NCBI GenBank assembly: GCA_965112155.1
Contig: OZ218100.1
DNA length: 64,000 nucleotides
From: Podarcis liolepis
Taxonomy: Eukaryota
Reading direction: 5' to 3' (one strand)
In this document: piece by piece, positions 13,061 to 25,000 of the stretch
How positions within the stretch are numbered: the first letter of the stretch is position 1
Layout: every line of letters starts with the position of its first letter
Translations under genes and position numbers: made by a program
The notes under the pieces: model-generated
What the model saw: the letters and a program-made list of their open reading frames with translations, nothing else
Database searches by the model: none
What the model was told of the DNA's origin: nothing

Positions 13061-13937
13061 ATGTGGCAACTGCCCAGCAATACAATGTTTTTTGGGGCTT
13101 CTTAAAACTTCATCTGACAAACTGGGATTATTTTATGTGCCTAATGCAGGTGGCAAACTGTAGGGTTTCTAGTGTTCAGGGCAGTTTTGTACGATGAACC
13201 AGTCTTACATGGTGTTGGTGTTCTTGAAATACTAAGTAACAGTGCACTGTAGACATTGTCTGCTTTTAAGAAGATCTCCTTCCGGAGAGCTTATGAAATG
13301 GTGCCTCCTTAAACATAAGGTGTGGCAGTTTGTTTTACTACAGCTAAAATCTCTGGGCTTTAGACTCTGCTGTGAACCAAACAATGCCAACCCTGGAATC
13401 TCAGTATATTTATGTAATAGTAAGGCAGATTGTGGCCCACGCAATTGCACCCTCTCCAAAGGTTCCCAAAACATAAGAAGCGCCTGCTGGATCAGACAGA
13501 TGGCCCATCTAGTCCCGTGTCTTGATCTCTCATTGGCCCAAAAGCAGGACATGAGTTGAACAGTGCTTTACATGCTAGAAAAAAGCCAACTCTAACCCTA
13601 GTGAGCTCCACTCCTGTGACCAGAAGAGGTGGTGGCAGGTAAGGGCTGCCAGCAGTTGCACCAATGTCCTTATATATAAGTGCAATATATGCAAAGTATG
13701 GTAAAGCAAAGCTCAATAAAGCAGGCTGTGCCTGAATTTAAATCACCTGAATCCTGGTCAAGAATTGCTCTCTTAAAATGTGAAGACAGTTATTGCTGGA
13801 TATGGCAAAGAGATTTCAGCTCTTCAAACTCTTTCTAGGTTCTTCTGTCTCCACTGACCACCAGACCACATTGACTGGACAAGGCTGTGACAGTGCTTTC
13901 GGGCAATTACTGTCAGGATCATCTGCTATATGCTACA

Positions 13938-14058
13938 GGGCGGGGCAGCTAATTTTTGATATTGTTAGATTACTGCTCCTATCAGCCCCCACCATGGTCA
14001 AGGATGATGGGAGTTGGTAGTCCAACAACCCCTGGGGGGCTGCTGGTTAACCACCCCT
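13938..14058. mobile_element. Degraded palindromic hAT MITE in COA6 intron 1
   Basis: Shares the GGATGATGGGAGTT core and fold-back layout of the element at 22217-22352. Confidence 0.55.
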
Positions 14059-14374
14059 ATTTTAGCTGTTCACAGTTATACTTCAGATAGCTGACATAGG
14101 CCTTTAACTACTTTCTTGTAACTGTAACAATGTTGACATGCTACATACAAAGTATCAGGCTTCACAGCTATGATTGTACCCTTATGAATACAGTGCCTTT
14201 ATAAATACAGTGCCTTTCAAAATACTTAAAAACCCACTTAAAACATTTTACATTCAATGTTAGACTCAAGTAAAAACAGTTTAGGTTCAATAAAGTGTAG
14301 GATTGGATGGTGACTTGTTAAGTTATGTCAAGTAGTTCAAGAATAACAGTGATCTTTTGTTTCTTGTGACAGAA

Positions 14375-14518
14375 ATGACAGCTCCATCAATGAAGGAAAG
14401 GAAGGCTTGCTGGGGAGCTCGGGATGAGTATTGGAAGTGCTTAGATGATAATATGGAAGAGGCATCAAAGTGTGAGAAACTTAGGTGCTCTTTTGAAAAT
14501 GTGTGTCCACAACAGTGG
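14375..14518 (+). CDS. COA6: COA6 cytochrome c oxidase assembly factor 6, exon 2 (exon starts at 14373)
   Basis: gacag|AA ATG...TGG|gtaag. Encodes MTAPSMKERKACWGARDEYWKCLDDNMEEASKCEKLRCSFENVCPQQW with the CX9C-CX10C motif. Confidence 0.96.
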
Positions 14519-14551
14519 GTAAGCAGCACAAATTCCCCCCCCAATAGTTCT

Positions 14552-14654
14552 GATAGGACTGAGAAAGACTTCCTGTCTGAAACCCTGAAGAGCTGCTTCC
14601 AGTCACTGTAGACAATATTAGGCTATGTCTGACTCTTGTAAGGTGGCTTCCTAG
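14552..14654 (+). mobile_element. 3' part of a tRNA-derived squamate SINE in COA6 intron 2
   Basis: CTGAAACCCTGAAGAGCTGCTTCCAGTCACTGTAGACAATA matches the body of the SINE at 43429-44135. Confidence 0.7.
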
Positions 14655-15042
14655 GTTTCCAGTATGTACTTGTCTTTGCCAGCAATGAGATAAACCCTAT
14701 AAACTGGCATAGCACTGATAGGGATGTAAATTGTAGTGTTCTGTATCAAATACCTCAAGGGTTGTGTGAGCATCTCAGAGATATCTGCCTGACCAATTAG
14801 GTAGGGTTGATTGTGGCACCCCACATTTCACTGTAAGAAGACATTAGAACTGTTTGGTGATAGAACTAGGGGAGAATTCTCCCTTAAGGGAGTTGAGGAC
14901 CCTGAAATGTTCAGAGTAGATTAACATGGTTACATATCCAGATCTGAAATGCTGCAATCGAAAAGAGGTCCTTCCTGTTTTCATTACACTAGAATTTTAC
15001 TGTGTCAATCTCATTTCCTAACAGTGATCTTGTTCAAAACAG

Positions 15043-15138
15043 GTTAAATATTTTGATAGAAGAAGAGATTATCTAAAATATAAAGCAAAGTTGGAAGCAG
15101 GAGAATTTCAGCCTTCAGAGACAACTGAGAAGTCATAG
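15043..15138 (+). CDS. COA6: COA6 exon 3 (last coding exon)
   Basis: aaacag|GTT; VKYFDRRRDYLKYKAKLEAGEFQPSETTEKS* (TAG at 15136-15138). Total 79 aa from ATG 14375. Confidence 0.96.
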   Translation, partial: VKYFDRRRDYLKYKAKLEAGEFQPSETTEKS

Positions 15139-15508
15139 CTACTCATCAGCTTTTATAAATACAGCAACGACAAAGGAGCTTGCAGAAGAAGAGCACTTGA
15201 GTGATACTTAAAAGTGTCAGTATCAGTAAAGGACAGTGATGGCCTATGAATAATTTCAAAAGCTATACTTGTTTATCTGGCATCGGTGTGAAGGCTCCTA
15301 GCCCCTATGTACTTTGAAGAGCATGGTGAAGAGAAGAGGCTCCCAACCGCACCTCACTGAAGTTGCTACTACCAATAAAGGGCAAAGTGGTGCACTGTAT
15401 CTACTCAAATGTTACATTGTGAGTTCATTACCAGTTTCTTCTTTCAAGTACTTTCCTTTGTATTAATAGAATGCTTACATCCATTTTGATAGTCGATCTT
15501 CACAAGTG

Positions 15509-15518
15509 AATAAATAAA
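15509..15518 (+). terminator. COA6: Candidate COA6 poly(A) signal (overlapping AATAAATAAA); a proximal AATAAA lies at 15374-15379
   Basis: Canonical hexamers downstream of the COA6 stop. Confidence 0.6.
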
Positions 15519-15924
15519 ATTAGCCAAATGCTAGTTATTGTGCAGTCATGCCAGAGTACACATTGAGTCTGTTTGCATATTAATTTGATAAAATAGAAGC
15601 ATTGCCCCAGCAGCTCTGTGTATGGTTGAAGGGAACCCACAAACTTGAGTTGCCACCCTACTACAAAATGGTCATTTGGAACCCACCTAAGAAGAATATA
15701 AAGAGATTTTTTTCAGCAACATAATCTACACCAAGAAACTTGCATACTGAAAGAATATTTATCATCCATGAATATTTCAATACAGTCATGGTTTAAGGCA
15801 TTTGAGTTCTTTTAAAAAATGAAGGCATGCAAAATACAAAACTTATTCTTTTGTGCAGTATCTCTACTCCATGAATTTCTTAGCACCATCAGCAACAGCT
15901 TTGACAAGATTCATGTATTTATCT

Positions 15925-16084
15925 TCATTCTTTTCCCTTGATGATCTGTTGCCTTATATATTCCCAAATGAGCAGAGCTCCACTTACATGGACATTAAGT
16001 GACCGGATAACTCCTTGCTGAGGAATTTCTACACAGGTGTCCAACTGCTGAATCAGATTTGCGGGGATTCCCTCATGCTCATTT
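15925..16084 (-). CDS. TARBP1: TARBP1 exon 30 (last coding exon)
   Basis: [55 protein letters not shown] at 15925-15927. Confidence 0.93.
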
Positions 16085-19000
16085 CTGACCAGAAAAGCAC
16101 ACAAACATGTATCACAGTTTGCAGAGGGGATGCAGTTCAGTCCAAGAGCATCTACTCAGCATGCAAAAAGACCCAGGTTTAATCAAAATAAGTATCAAAA
16201 TAAGATGATACTGGGTAACAAGACCCTGCCTGAGGAGCCACTGCTGCTACTGGGCCAGATAATGTTAATCATATATTTAGTAGAGAAGACAGCACTGTGA
16301 TACAGTGATAACATTTCCTCAGTCCCCTTTCATAACTAATATTGCTTTTAAGACAGATCAAGTGCAGTTTTTAGGGAGTGAGACTCCTGCCTCATTCCCT
16401 AAAAATAGTGCTCAGTGCTATTATATGGTGTAATTAGCTCATGTGTCACTGTTTTACATCCATTTCAAGCACATGAAAAATAAGCCTACAGCCCTGTTGA
16501 ATGGGGAGGACAAAAATATCTGGAATGAGTGAGTTCTACATCAGGGGACCATCAGAAATAAAACTACAATGATGGACAGTTGGGTGGTTGAGGCCTTCAT
16601 AGATTTCTATTCTAGTCCTATTCAGCCACTACAGTAAATGGGAACAACACTTATAGCTGATCTTTTCATTTCCCTCAAACTCTACAATTCTCAGCTTCCA
16701 CTACCAAAACATTATTTAGAATCATGTTATATTTAAAAAGTTTTGTTTTTTTTATTTACCCCAGCAGCAAGAGGGATTTCTCTGGAAAACAGTATTCTGT
16801 CAGATCACAACTTTTAGCCGTTTGCTCTACACCTATTATAGTGTAGCCTTCCATTTTCTTCTGCTCCAAATAATCAGCAAGCTGGAATGGCTTTACCTGC
16901 ACATTTATTTATTTTTAAAAAAGTGAGATTAAGTTTAGAAATGTTTGAATGCGGACCTCTATTAATATACAGTACAAATAGCTGTATCAGTCAAAATATG
17001 TCAGATTTTGATCAGCTGAAAGCCTAACATCATGTGGACCGATACAGTATCTTTATAAGATTCATAAAGCCAAACAAAAAAAGCAGGGATCAGGTTGGGA
17101 ATCCATTTAGTACAGCAATTCGTTTCCAACTGACAGCCAGATGCCTCCAGAAATGCCACAAACAAGCTATGAAGACAATAGCCCACACTCCAGCAATGCT
17201 AGCCAGAGATATATTCAGGAACACGCATGCTTAACGTTCCCATTGAAATCAAAGGAATGTCAAAGTAACTGTAGTAAAACAGCCAGAGGCTTAACCCAGT
17301 CAATCACAGGAAAGAGTTGTAAAGGTAGCAGACTAATACATAACACTTCAACACTAGCATAAATAATTTTAATCCCATACAGTGTTAGGCAAGCCCATTC
17401 ATGAAAAACTGAGGCAAGTTAAGTTACATTTAAGTAGTCTACAAGTAATATACTCTTTACTCACCTCAATAAGGGAAAGCCATTGTTCAGCAGAAACACT
17501 GAGGTACTGAAATTGCTTGTCATTTATATAATGAAGGCTGCCAACAATGAGAGCCGACACCCCAAATATTTCACATGTACGACACAAGCCTACAAAGAAG
17601 CAGAACACTTTCATTTAATATGAGTCATATTTCATTAATTGAATGGCGCACTTAGATGCTGAAGAAGGGCATTCATGGTGGGTCTATCAGGCTATACAAA
17701 AATACAATAGCATGACTCACTCTTCCCTTAAAGATCTTAAACTAAGCATCCTCATCAGCCTATAACATGGCCCTGCAAACAACTACTTACTACAAGTGGC
17801 TAAAATACACTAATTTATGGTAATGTCAGGGGGAAAAGTGAAAGGCACTTCTCTTTTGTGCTGTAGTTTGAATGATTAAATGCAATTTCCATTGGAAATC
17901 CTTTACATAGAGAGGTTGAATATATAAAGTTTGCTTTAAAAAAAATGTAAGTCACATAACATACTTTCAAGTACTAGTAGTTTCAAGTGGGTAAGATCTT
18001 ACCTCCTAAATTGGTAGGTTTATCAATGAGTGAAGCCACTACAATCAGTTTATTGTTTGCTTTTCCAAGTTTAGTAGCCCGATCTTGAAATACAAGCTCC
18101 AGATCAGGAGTACTGTCCTTCCAAGGAATTATCTTTTTTTGAACATCTGTCCATTGTCTTTGGCTGCTTGATTCAGCTGAACTCAAACCTAAGATTGAAT
18201 ATTTAGTTACCTGAATGCAACAAACTCTGCTGAGAATCCTAGCATATTAGAAATTAAATACTGAGGGCAGACAATATTCTTCATAACCATTTAACATTTT
18301 GTGTTGTTAAAATACTGCACAATTAATTTTAAAAGAAGTATATAAAATATACGTGACTATTTAAGCCAGCGCTAGTTATTTACCCAAATCTTGCTGAGAC
18401 CAGTCACACTGCTTCAGATCAAGAAGTGAAGTTCGAGAATGAGAGAATGGAAATGTTGAGCTCAGTGGGATGTCTGTGAATGCTTTAAATTTAGATAGAG
18501 AAATCAATTCCTCTTCTGCAATTTCTGAAAGATGCGGCAAGGTGTAAAATATTGTCTGAAAAATAATATTTGGAAAATTGAACTAGCACTGAAATGCCGA
18601 AGTATATTAGCCATGAACCAGTCAAAGTGCCCTATTATAATAAGAGAAACAAAATGATGATTCGGTCTGTCCTACTGATATTTCAGTGTACAGTCGTACC
18701 TTGGATCTTGAATGCCTTGGCTCCCGAACAAATCAGCTTCCGAACGATCGAAACCCGGAAGTGAGTGTTCCGGTTTGTGACTGTTCTTTCGGAAGTCGAA
18801 CGTCCAACAGGGCTTCCACGGCTTCTGATTGGCTGCAGGAGCTTCCTGCAGCCAATCAGAAGCAGCGCTTTGGTTTTCCAACGTTTGGGAAGTTGAACAG
18901 ACTTCCGGAATGGATTCCGTTCAACTTCCAAGGTATGATTGGGCTTAAATCTCATTGACTTTAATGGAAGGCAAGCATATTTAGAGTACATCCCCACCTG

Positions 19001-22000
19001 CAATGACAGTAGGGAGATAAAATGGACATGTTATGGGTATATTAAGAAGATCTGCCATATCCAAAACCTTCCCACTCCCCTTACATTGGAGGGAAAATAC
19101 CAGGAGTTGGTGTACTTCGTGCCTTTCCACCTTGGTTAGGAGGACTCTGGATTTGGTGGTTCTTCCACCATAAATTCTCCACCCTAAGTGAACTGCTCTG
19201 CCCACCTTCTCTAACTGCATAATGGCAATCCATAAAATAAGACCTGTTCCAAGTAAGTAGTCATTTCTCAAAGCACAGCCTTCTATATGAGGTTCAGGGT
19301 TGCATACATCCTGAAGTTGCATCTGTGAAATTCAGACCCTGGACTTTCATTTTCTTACTTAATGTCTGTTTCTAGCTTTTATGAATGTGTACAATATTGG
19401 ATAAAATTTCAAGAAACAGAAGGGGTTTAGTGAATTTCCAAATATCTGGGGTGTGTGATTTAAGGGTCCTGTAGCAAAAGCTGAATAAGGAAGCAATCAT
19501 GTGTTATCTGGAAGTAAGTCCTGTTGAGAACAATGGGGCTCATGCCTGTGAAGACATGCACAGGACTGAACTGTACATTAGGCAAAGTAAGCACACATAT
19601 AAAAACAATATGGTGCAGAATTAGGATGACTTTGGCAGTGAGTTTGATGTTTTCAACACACACACAAAAAATGCCTTTGCTTAATAACCCAAGGTCATCC
19701 AGTTAGTTTCTTGAATGAGTGGAAATTTGAAGCCATGTCTCCTTGATCACACTAGCAGTGTCATCAATTAGACAGATCTAAGGTTGTTTTTTTAAAAAAA
19801 CAAATAAACCACTGAATATTTATGTACTTACCTCAACACAGTAATCCTTAAGTGGATGAAAGTTTTCAAAGAAAAAGTGTTTTTGGATGCGCTGCCAATT
19901 CTTTTTAGCATTCCTGCATTGTAAGGATAATATTATGATGTACGACAAGAAAATGTCTCAATAAGCCTCTTTTTAGAAGGTTACCAAAAGGCAATCCTAA
20001 CCATGTATATTCAGAAGTAAGTCCTAGTTAATTCAATGAGGCTTACTCCCAGATAAGTCGGGTAAGGATTGCAGCATAATTCTTCTTTTCTATTACGATT
20101 TGGTCACTTTCCAACTAGTAAGCACAAGGGTAATTATGAGGTATTACACAACATCGCCTCGATCAAGGGAATTTCTTTGTGGTGCAGAAGCACTAAAAGA
20201 GCTCCACATGGTTTCAATAGAGGGACCTGATCTCCACATGGTTTCCTTTCACACTAAGCTGAGGTCTCTCCACTGAATAAATCACATTTGAGCATACACA
20301 TATCTGTGAGTTAGATTCTATGGCTGCGACTCATTGATTCATTGATAAAACTCATTGTTTTAAGCAATATGCATCACAATTCTTCCAGCCCTTTTCTGTG
20401 CTGAAACACTTGGGGCAAATTACATATTGCAGCTGCTTTTTATGGAATTTAAACAGTAGTTCCAGGATTTGGCAGTGGAAGCTGCTGCAGAACAAACAGC
20501 TGGGAAAACTCATTTGTGGGTCTGTGAATCACAACATATATATATATATATAAAATCAAATTTATATCTTTAACTTGTCCCATTTCAGAGGCTCTGGCCA
20601 GATTAATATAATATAATATAATATAATATAATATAATATAATATAATAATGAATGAAATATATTCAAAGGATTAAACCTTCTTCCCCAGACCGTGCATAG
20701 TTCAAAGTTGCAATTCTAAGCATAATCACCTCAAGAGTAAGATCCACTGAACTCTATGGGACTTTCTTCTGCGTAAAAATGCTTACGATTTCATTATTAT
20801 TTGTGTTTATATACAATGCACTATACAAGAGCAATCCTACTTTATACAACTACACGGTTATTACCTGCCTTATTTGGTTCACCACTCAACATTCTTCCAG
20901 ACATTAAGTTATATATTAATGCAGCACTTTCAGATCAATTTAACCTCACAGTCTCCCAAAGAATAAACAAATTGCCACACTATTGGTTTCTCCATTTTAC
21001 TCCACAAACCACCAGTATCTTCTATCTAATCCATCAATAATAATATGGAAGTGATTGACCTATATTCAAATAAGTGGAGTGCAAGTCAGTTTATTAAAAT
21101 TCAAGGGACAAGCAGTCTAGTTTTCTGTTTCACAGGCCAGGTATGCTTCTGATGAAAAAGAAATCCCGAGACATTTTACATAATTTCACTTTATCTGTTC
21201 CTGCTGAATTTGGTTTATTTTAAAATGTTCTACCTTGTTCAGATGAGACAACACAACTATGGGTATAACAAAGTGCTCCTTGAGAAAATTAGATTCATCC
21301 GTAAGTGGTCTAGAAAGTGTTTTCACTTTGGAGCATCACTAGTTTCATAGCAGTATTTTAAAAGAATTATGTGCTACTAACCCTGTTCCATGCATGCTTT
21401 CTGCTTGATTGAGACTACATTCAATAACTGGAGCTAAAGCTTCAAAATCTTCCACACACAATGCTTTGCACATTCCCCAAATTTTCTTAAGGGCAATTAA
21501 AGCATACAGTCGAACACTGAAATTGTGATGGAAGCACCACTGTAGAACAACGACGAGGGCTTTCTTTAAGGCTGGTGTCTAGAGGGAGAAAGGCATTCCT
21601 TTAGTAGTTCATACATTTCTTGTAAGAAGTAATACAACTATATGTAAGAAGTCATATAACTATAACTCATCTAATTCCTAATGTGAAACAATTTTAAATT
21701 GACACGGCAATGAGCGGGAAGTTCAACTAAAGTTTTATCAAGAACTCCTACATCAAAACATAAGATTTACTCCAGCTTTTAGTCCATATAAAATTATTCT
21801 TCTATGAATAGCCTTCAACTCTTAGCTAACTTGCAGCATTATAAACCAACATAAAACTCCGCAAATGTAAATTAATTTAAATAAACAATAAAAAATTATT
21901 ATTATTATGCCAGGAGGGGTAAGATGAGTAAGGTGTGGAGGAAATGGATACAGAAAGGTTTTTCTCCTTTTCTCAAAATACCTGAACCCAGGTCATCTAA

Positions 22001-25000
22001 TTAAGTTGAATGGACAAAATGAAGTACTACTTCACAGCATATAGCTGAACTATGGGATTTGCTACCACAAGATGTGATGGTCACCAATATAGGTGGCTTT
22101 AAAAGGGGATTGGACGAATTAATGGAGGACAGAGCTATCAGCAGCTACTAGTCATGATAACCATATTCGACCTCCAGAATCAGGGGCAGCATATCTCTGA
22201 ATACCAGCTGCTAGGGCAGGCATAGGCAAACTCGGCCCTCCAGATGTTTTGAAACTGCAATTCCCATCATCCCTGACCACTGGTCCTATTAGCTGGGGAT
22301 GATGGGAGTTATAGTCCCAAAACATCTGGAGGGCTGAGTTTGCCTATGCCTGTGCTAAGGGATTAACAGCAGGAGAGGCAGCTACTGCACTCATACCCTG
22401 CTAGTTGGCTTGTAATTGCTATACAGTGGTTTGCCACTGGTTTGGAGTAGATAGGCCTTGGTCTTTAAAGTTTCTGAGTGGTCTTGAAAGGCAGCCCCGT
22501 AAAACACATTGCAGTAACCTCAACAAGATATAGTTAGCGGATTATTATTATTTGTTCCCTACACCCCATTTCTTAGTTTCAACCAAAAAAATGTACCTTC
22601 TCAGATATATTTTGGAGAATTACGTCAAAATGTGACATCACTGCTAAAAATGTGCAAATGCTCGTTTTAAGATGGTCTTCACCCTGGAAAAATAAGCCAT
22701 GTGTTAGTATCAAGGTTTCCCAATGCATGTAGTTCCTTATAGTTTAATTACAGCTTATCAACCAAATTTGAACCCAGAAACAATCATTCATGCCTGCATA
22801 TTACAGCGGCTTAACTGCTTTAACACAATTATTACATATATTATCAGCGTCAATATATTCAATGGTAAATGTTACCCCTGTCCCTGGAATCCATTTAAGA
22901 AAAACAAAATTAATACTTGAAAAGTACTTGAGGACTCAATAAAAACATATATGATTTATTCACAATTGAACAACTAAATACCTTACTACTCACATAGTTA
23001 AAACAATCCCAGAACTTTTGAAGAAAATGAGGTAACTTATGTAGAATCAATATGATATTCCATTCTATTAAGTACTTTACTGATGCTTGATTATTACTAT
23101 GTCCAGCTTGTAGAATCCTGTCAATAGTTCTTGTTAAAATATCCTAGATAAAATAACAGGTATGAAATCAATTATATTGTAAAGCTACTTCATCAATCAC
23201 TCACACACACACACAACTCTTTCCTTCCTAGGGTTTTAAAAGGGTTTTCTTTCAAAACAGACAACAAACAAAAAAAAATAAAAAGCAGTAAAAGAGCAAA
23301 TGAATCATTTCAATTTAGCCAGTCAATTAAGAAAACTAATAGTACAGCCACAAAAGCAACCAACCTTCTTAATTCTAAGCAATTCTTCTTAGGGGAATTA
23401 TATGCTGGAAGGAAATCTTACATACTTGTGGTACTATGCACCCCATTTTATAAATAAAAAAGCTGTTTTATTAATTAACTTTTCCTTCATAAGTAATAAA
23501 ATAAGTAATAAAAACAAATGCTGTGAAAAACAGTACCTCATGAAGTTTTGGAAACAGAACTAGCAATGTCTGCCACAGTCGATTTTTAATTCTGTGTTGT
23601 AAGGAGTTCACATAATAGCGGTTTTTTGATTTGGACATGAGTTCACCCTGCAGAGAATATAAATTTGCTCAAGCTGAATGCTTTGGTACTTTAGTTTCTT
23701 TCAGTTCTGGTTGAAAAGGTTAATCACAAGGGAGAGTCTAGGTCAAAGGGACAGCAGATGCAGGATACTTCTTCCTAGCACCTCCAAGCTGGATGAAAGA
23801 TCACTGAATGCAGCGATTCACAAGTAAGGAAGACCCTGTACACAACTCTCATAAAGATGACAGTACTCTAGCTGCAGAAATAGATCCTGCATTTGAATGC
23901 TGTAGATACCAACAGTATACACAGAATGCAAAAAGGAGTTTTGGTTCTCAAAAGCGACAACTATTCAAGTTTAGTGTAGCTCAATCTAGTTTTGGAACTG
24001 GTTCCTTCTTCAGGAGCAATCTTACATATTCTGAAGCAGCTAACACAATGCTGCTGTATATGATTACTGTATTTTTCGCTCTACATGATTACTGTATTTT
24101 TCGCTCTACAGGACGCACTGGACAATAGGACGCACCTTGTTTTAGAGGGGGGGAGAACAAGAAAAAATAATTCTCCCCCTCTCTGCCCAGTGCCCCTTCA
24201 GCGAAGCGGCAGGAGGCGCTGCGCAGAGAGGGGGAGAATTCCCCCCCTCTTGTTTTCCCCTTCTAAAACAAGGTGCCGTTTAAGGTGCGTTCAGTCGCCT
24301 TCAGGCGGCTACCTTGGAAGCCTAGAGAGCGAGAGGGGTTAGTGCGCACCGACTCCTCTCGCTCTCCAGGCTTCAGGTTCCTTTCGACCTGCTCTTTGGG
24401 GCTGGCGGGGGGAAGCCCACCAGGTCGGGGAGCAGCGGAAAGGCGCGCAGCGGAGAGGCTGCTGCCATAGTGCATCACCTCTCCAGCTGGGAGAGGGTCG
24501 TGGAGCTATGGCTTCTTTAGCCCCGCATGCGCTCTCCCGGCTGGAGAGGTGGCGCGTGGCTAAAGAGGCTCCTGCCATAGCCGCGTGTCACCTCTCCAGC
24601 CGGGAGAGGGTCGCGGGGCTATGGCGTCTTCGCTCCATAGGACGCACACACATTTCCCCTTCATTTTTGAAGGGGGAAAAGTGTGTCCTATAGGGCGAAA
24701 AATACGGTAATAGGTGTCATATAAGCAGCAACTTTTGGATAAGCTGCTTCACTCACACATCCCAGGCTTTCACATTTTCCATCATTTTCCATCTTATCTT
24801 TATTACAAGCTACAATGACAGCAAAGCAAGCAAAGAAATGAAGGGCATGATTGCCACAAAATAGTAACAGTATGGAAATAACCTCTGTGAGGGTAGGGGG
24901 GCTGCTATGTCCCCAGCAACCAGAGCAGTCCAATTGTCAAAGCCAAGACATATGCACAAAGCACCATAAACAGATACCTACCCTATCAAGTAGTTTCATC

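Noticed and set aside
12354-13163. Several 60-100 aa ORFs in the COA6 CpG island
   Set aside because: Explained by stop-codon depletion in GC-rich DNA; no recognisable protein.
15012-15024. Possible U12-type branch site (TTTCCTAAC) in COA6 intron 2
   Set aside because: The donor is GTAAGC (U2-type), not GTATCCTT, and the motif differs from TCCTTAAC.
18654-18679. Box C/D-like ATGATGA...CTGA in TARBP1 intron 25
   Set aside because: The boxes are only ~15 nt apart with no terminal stem, too short for a snoRNA.
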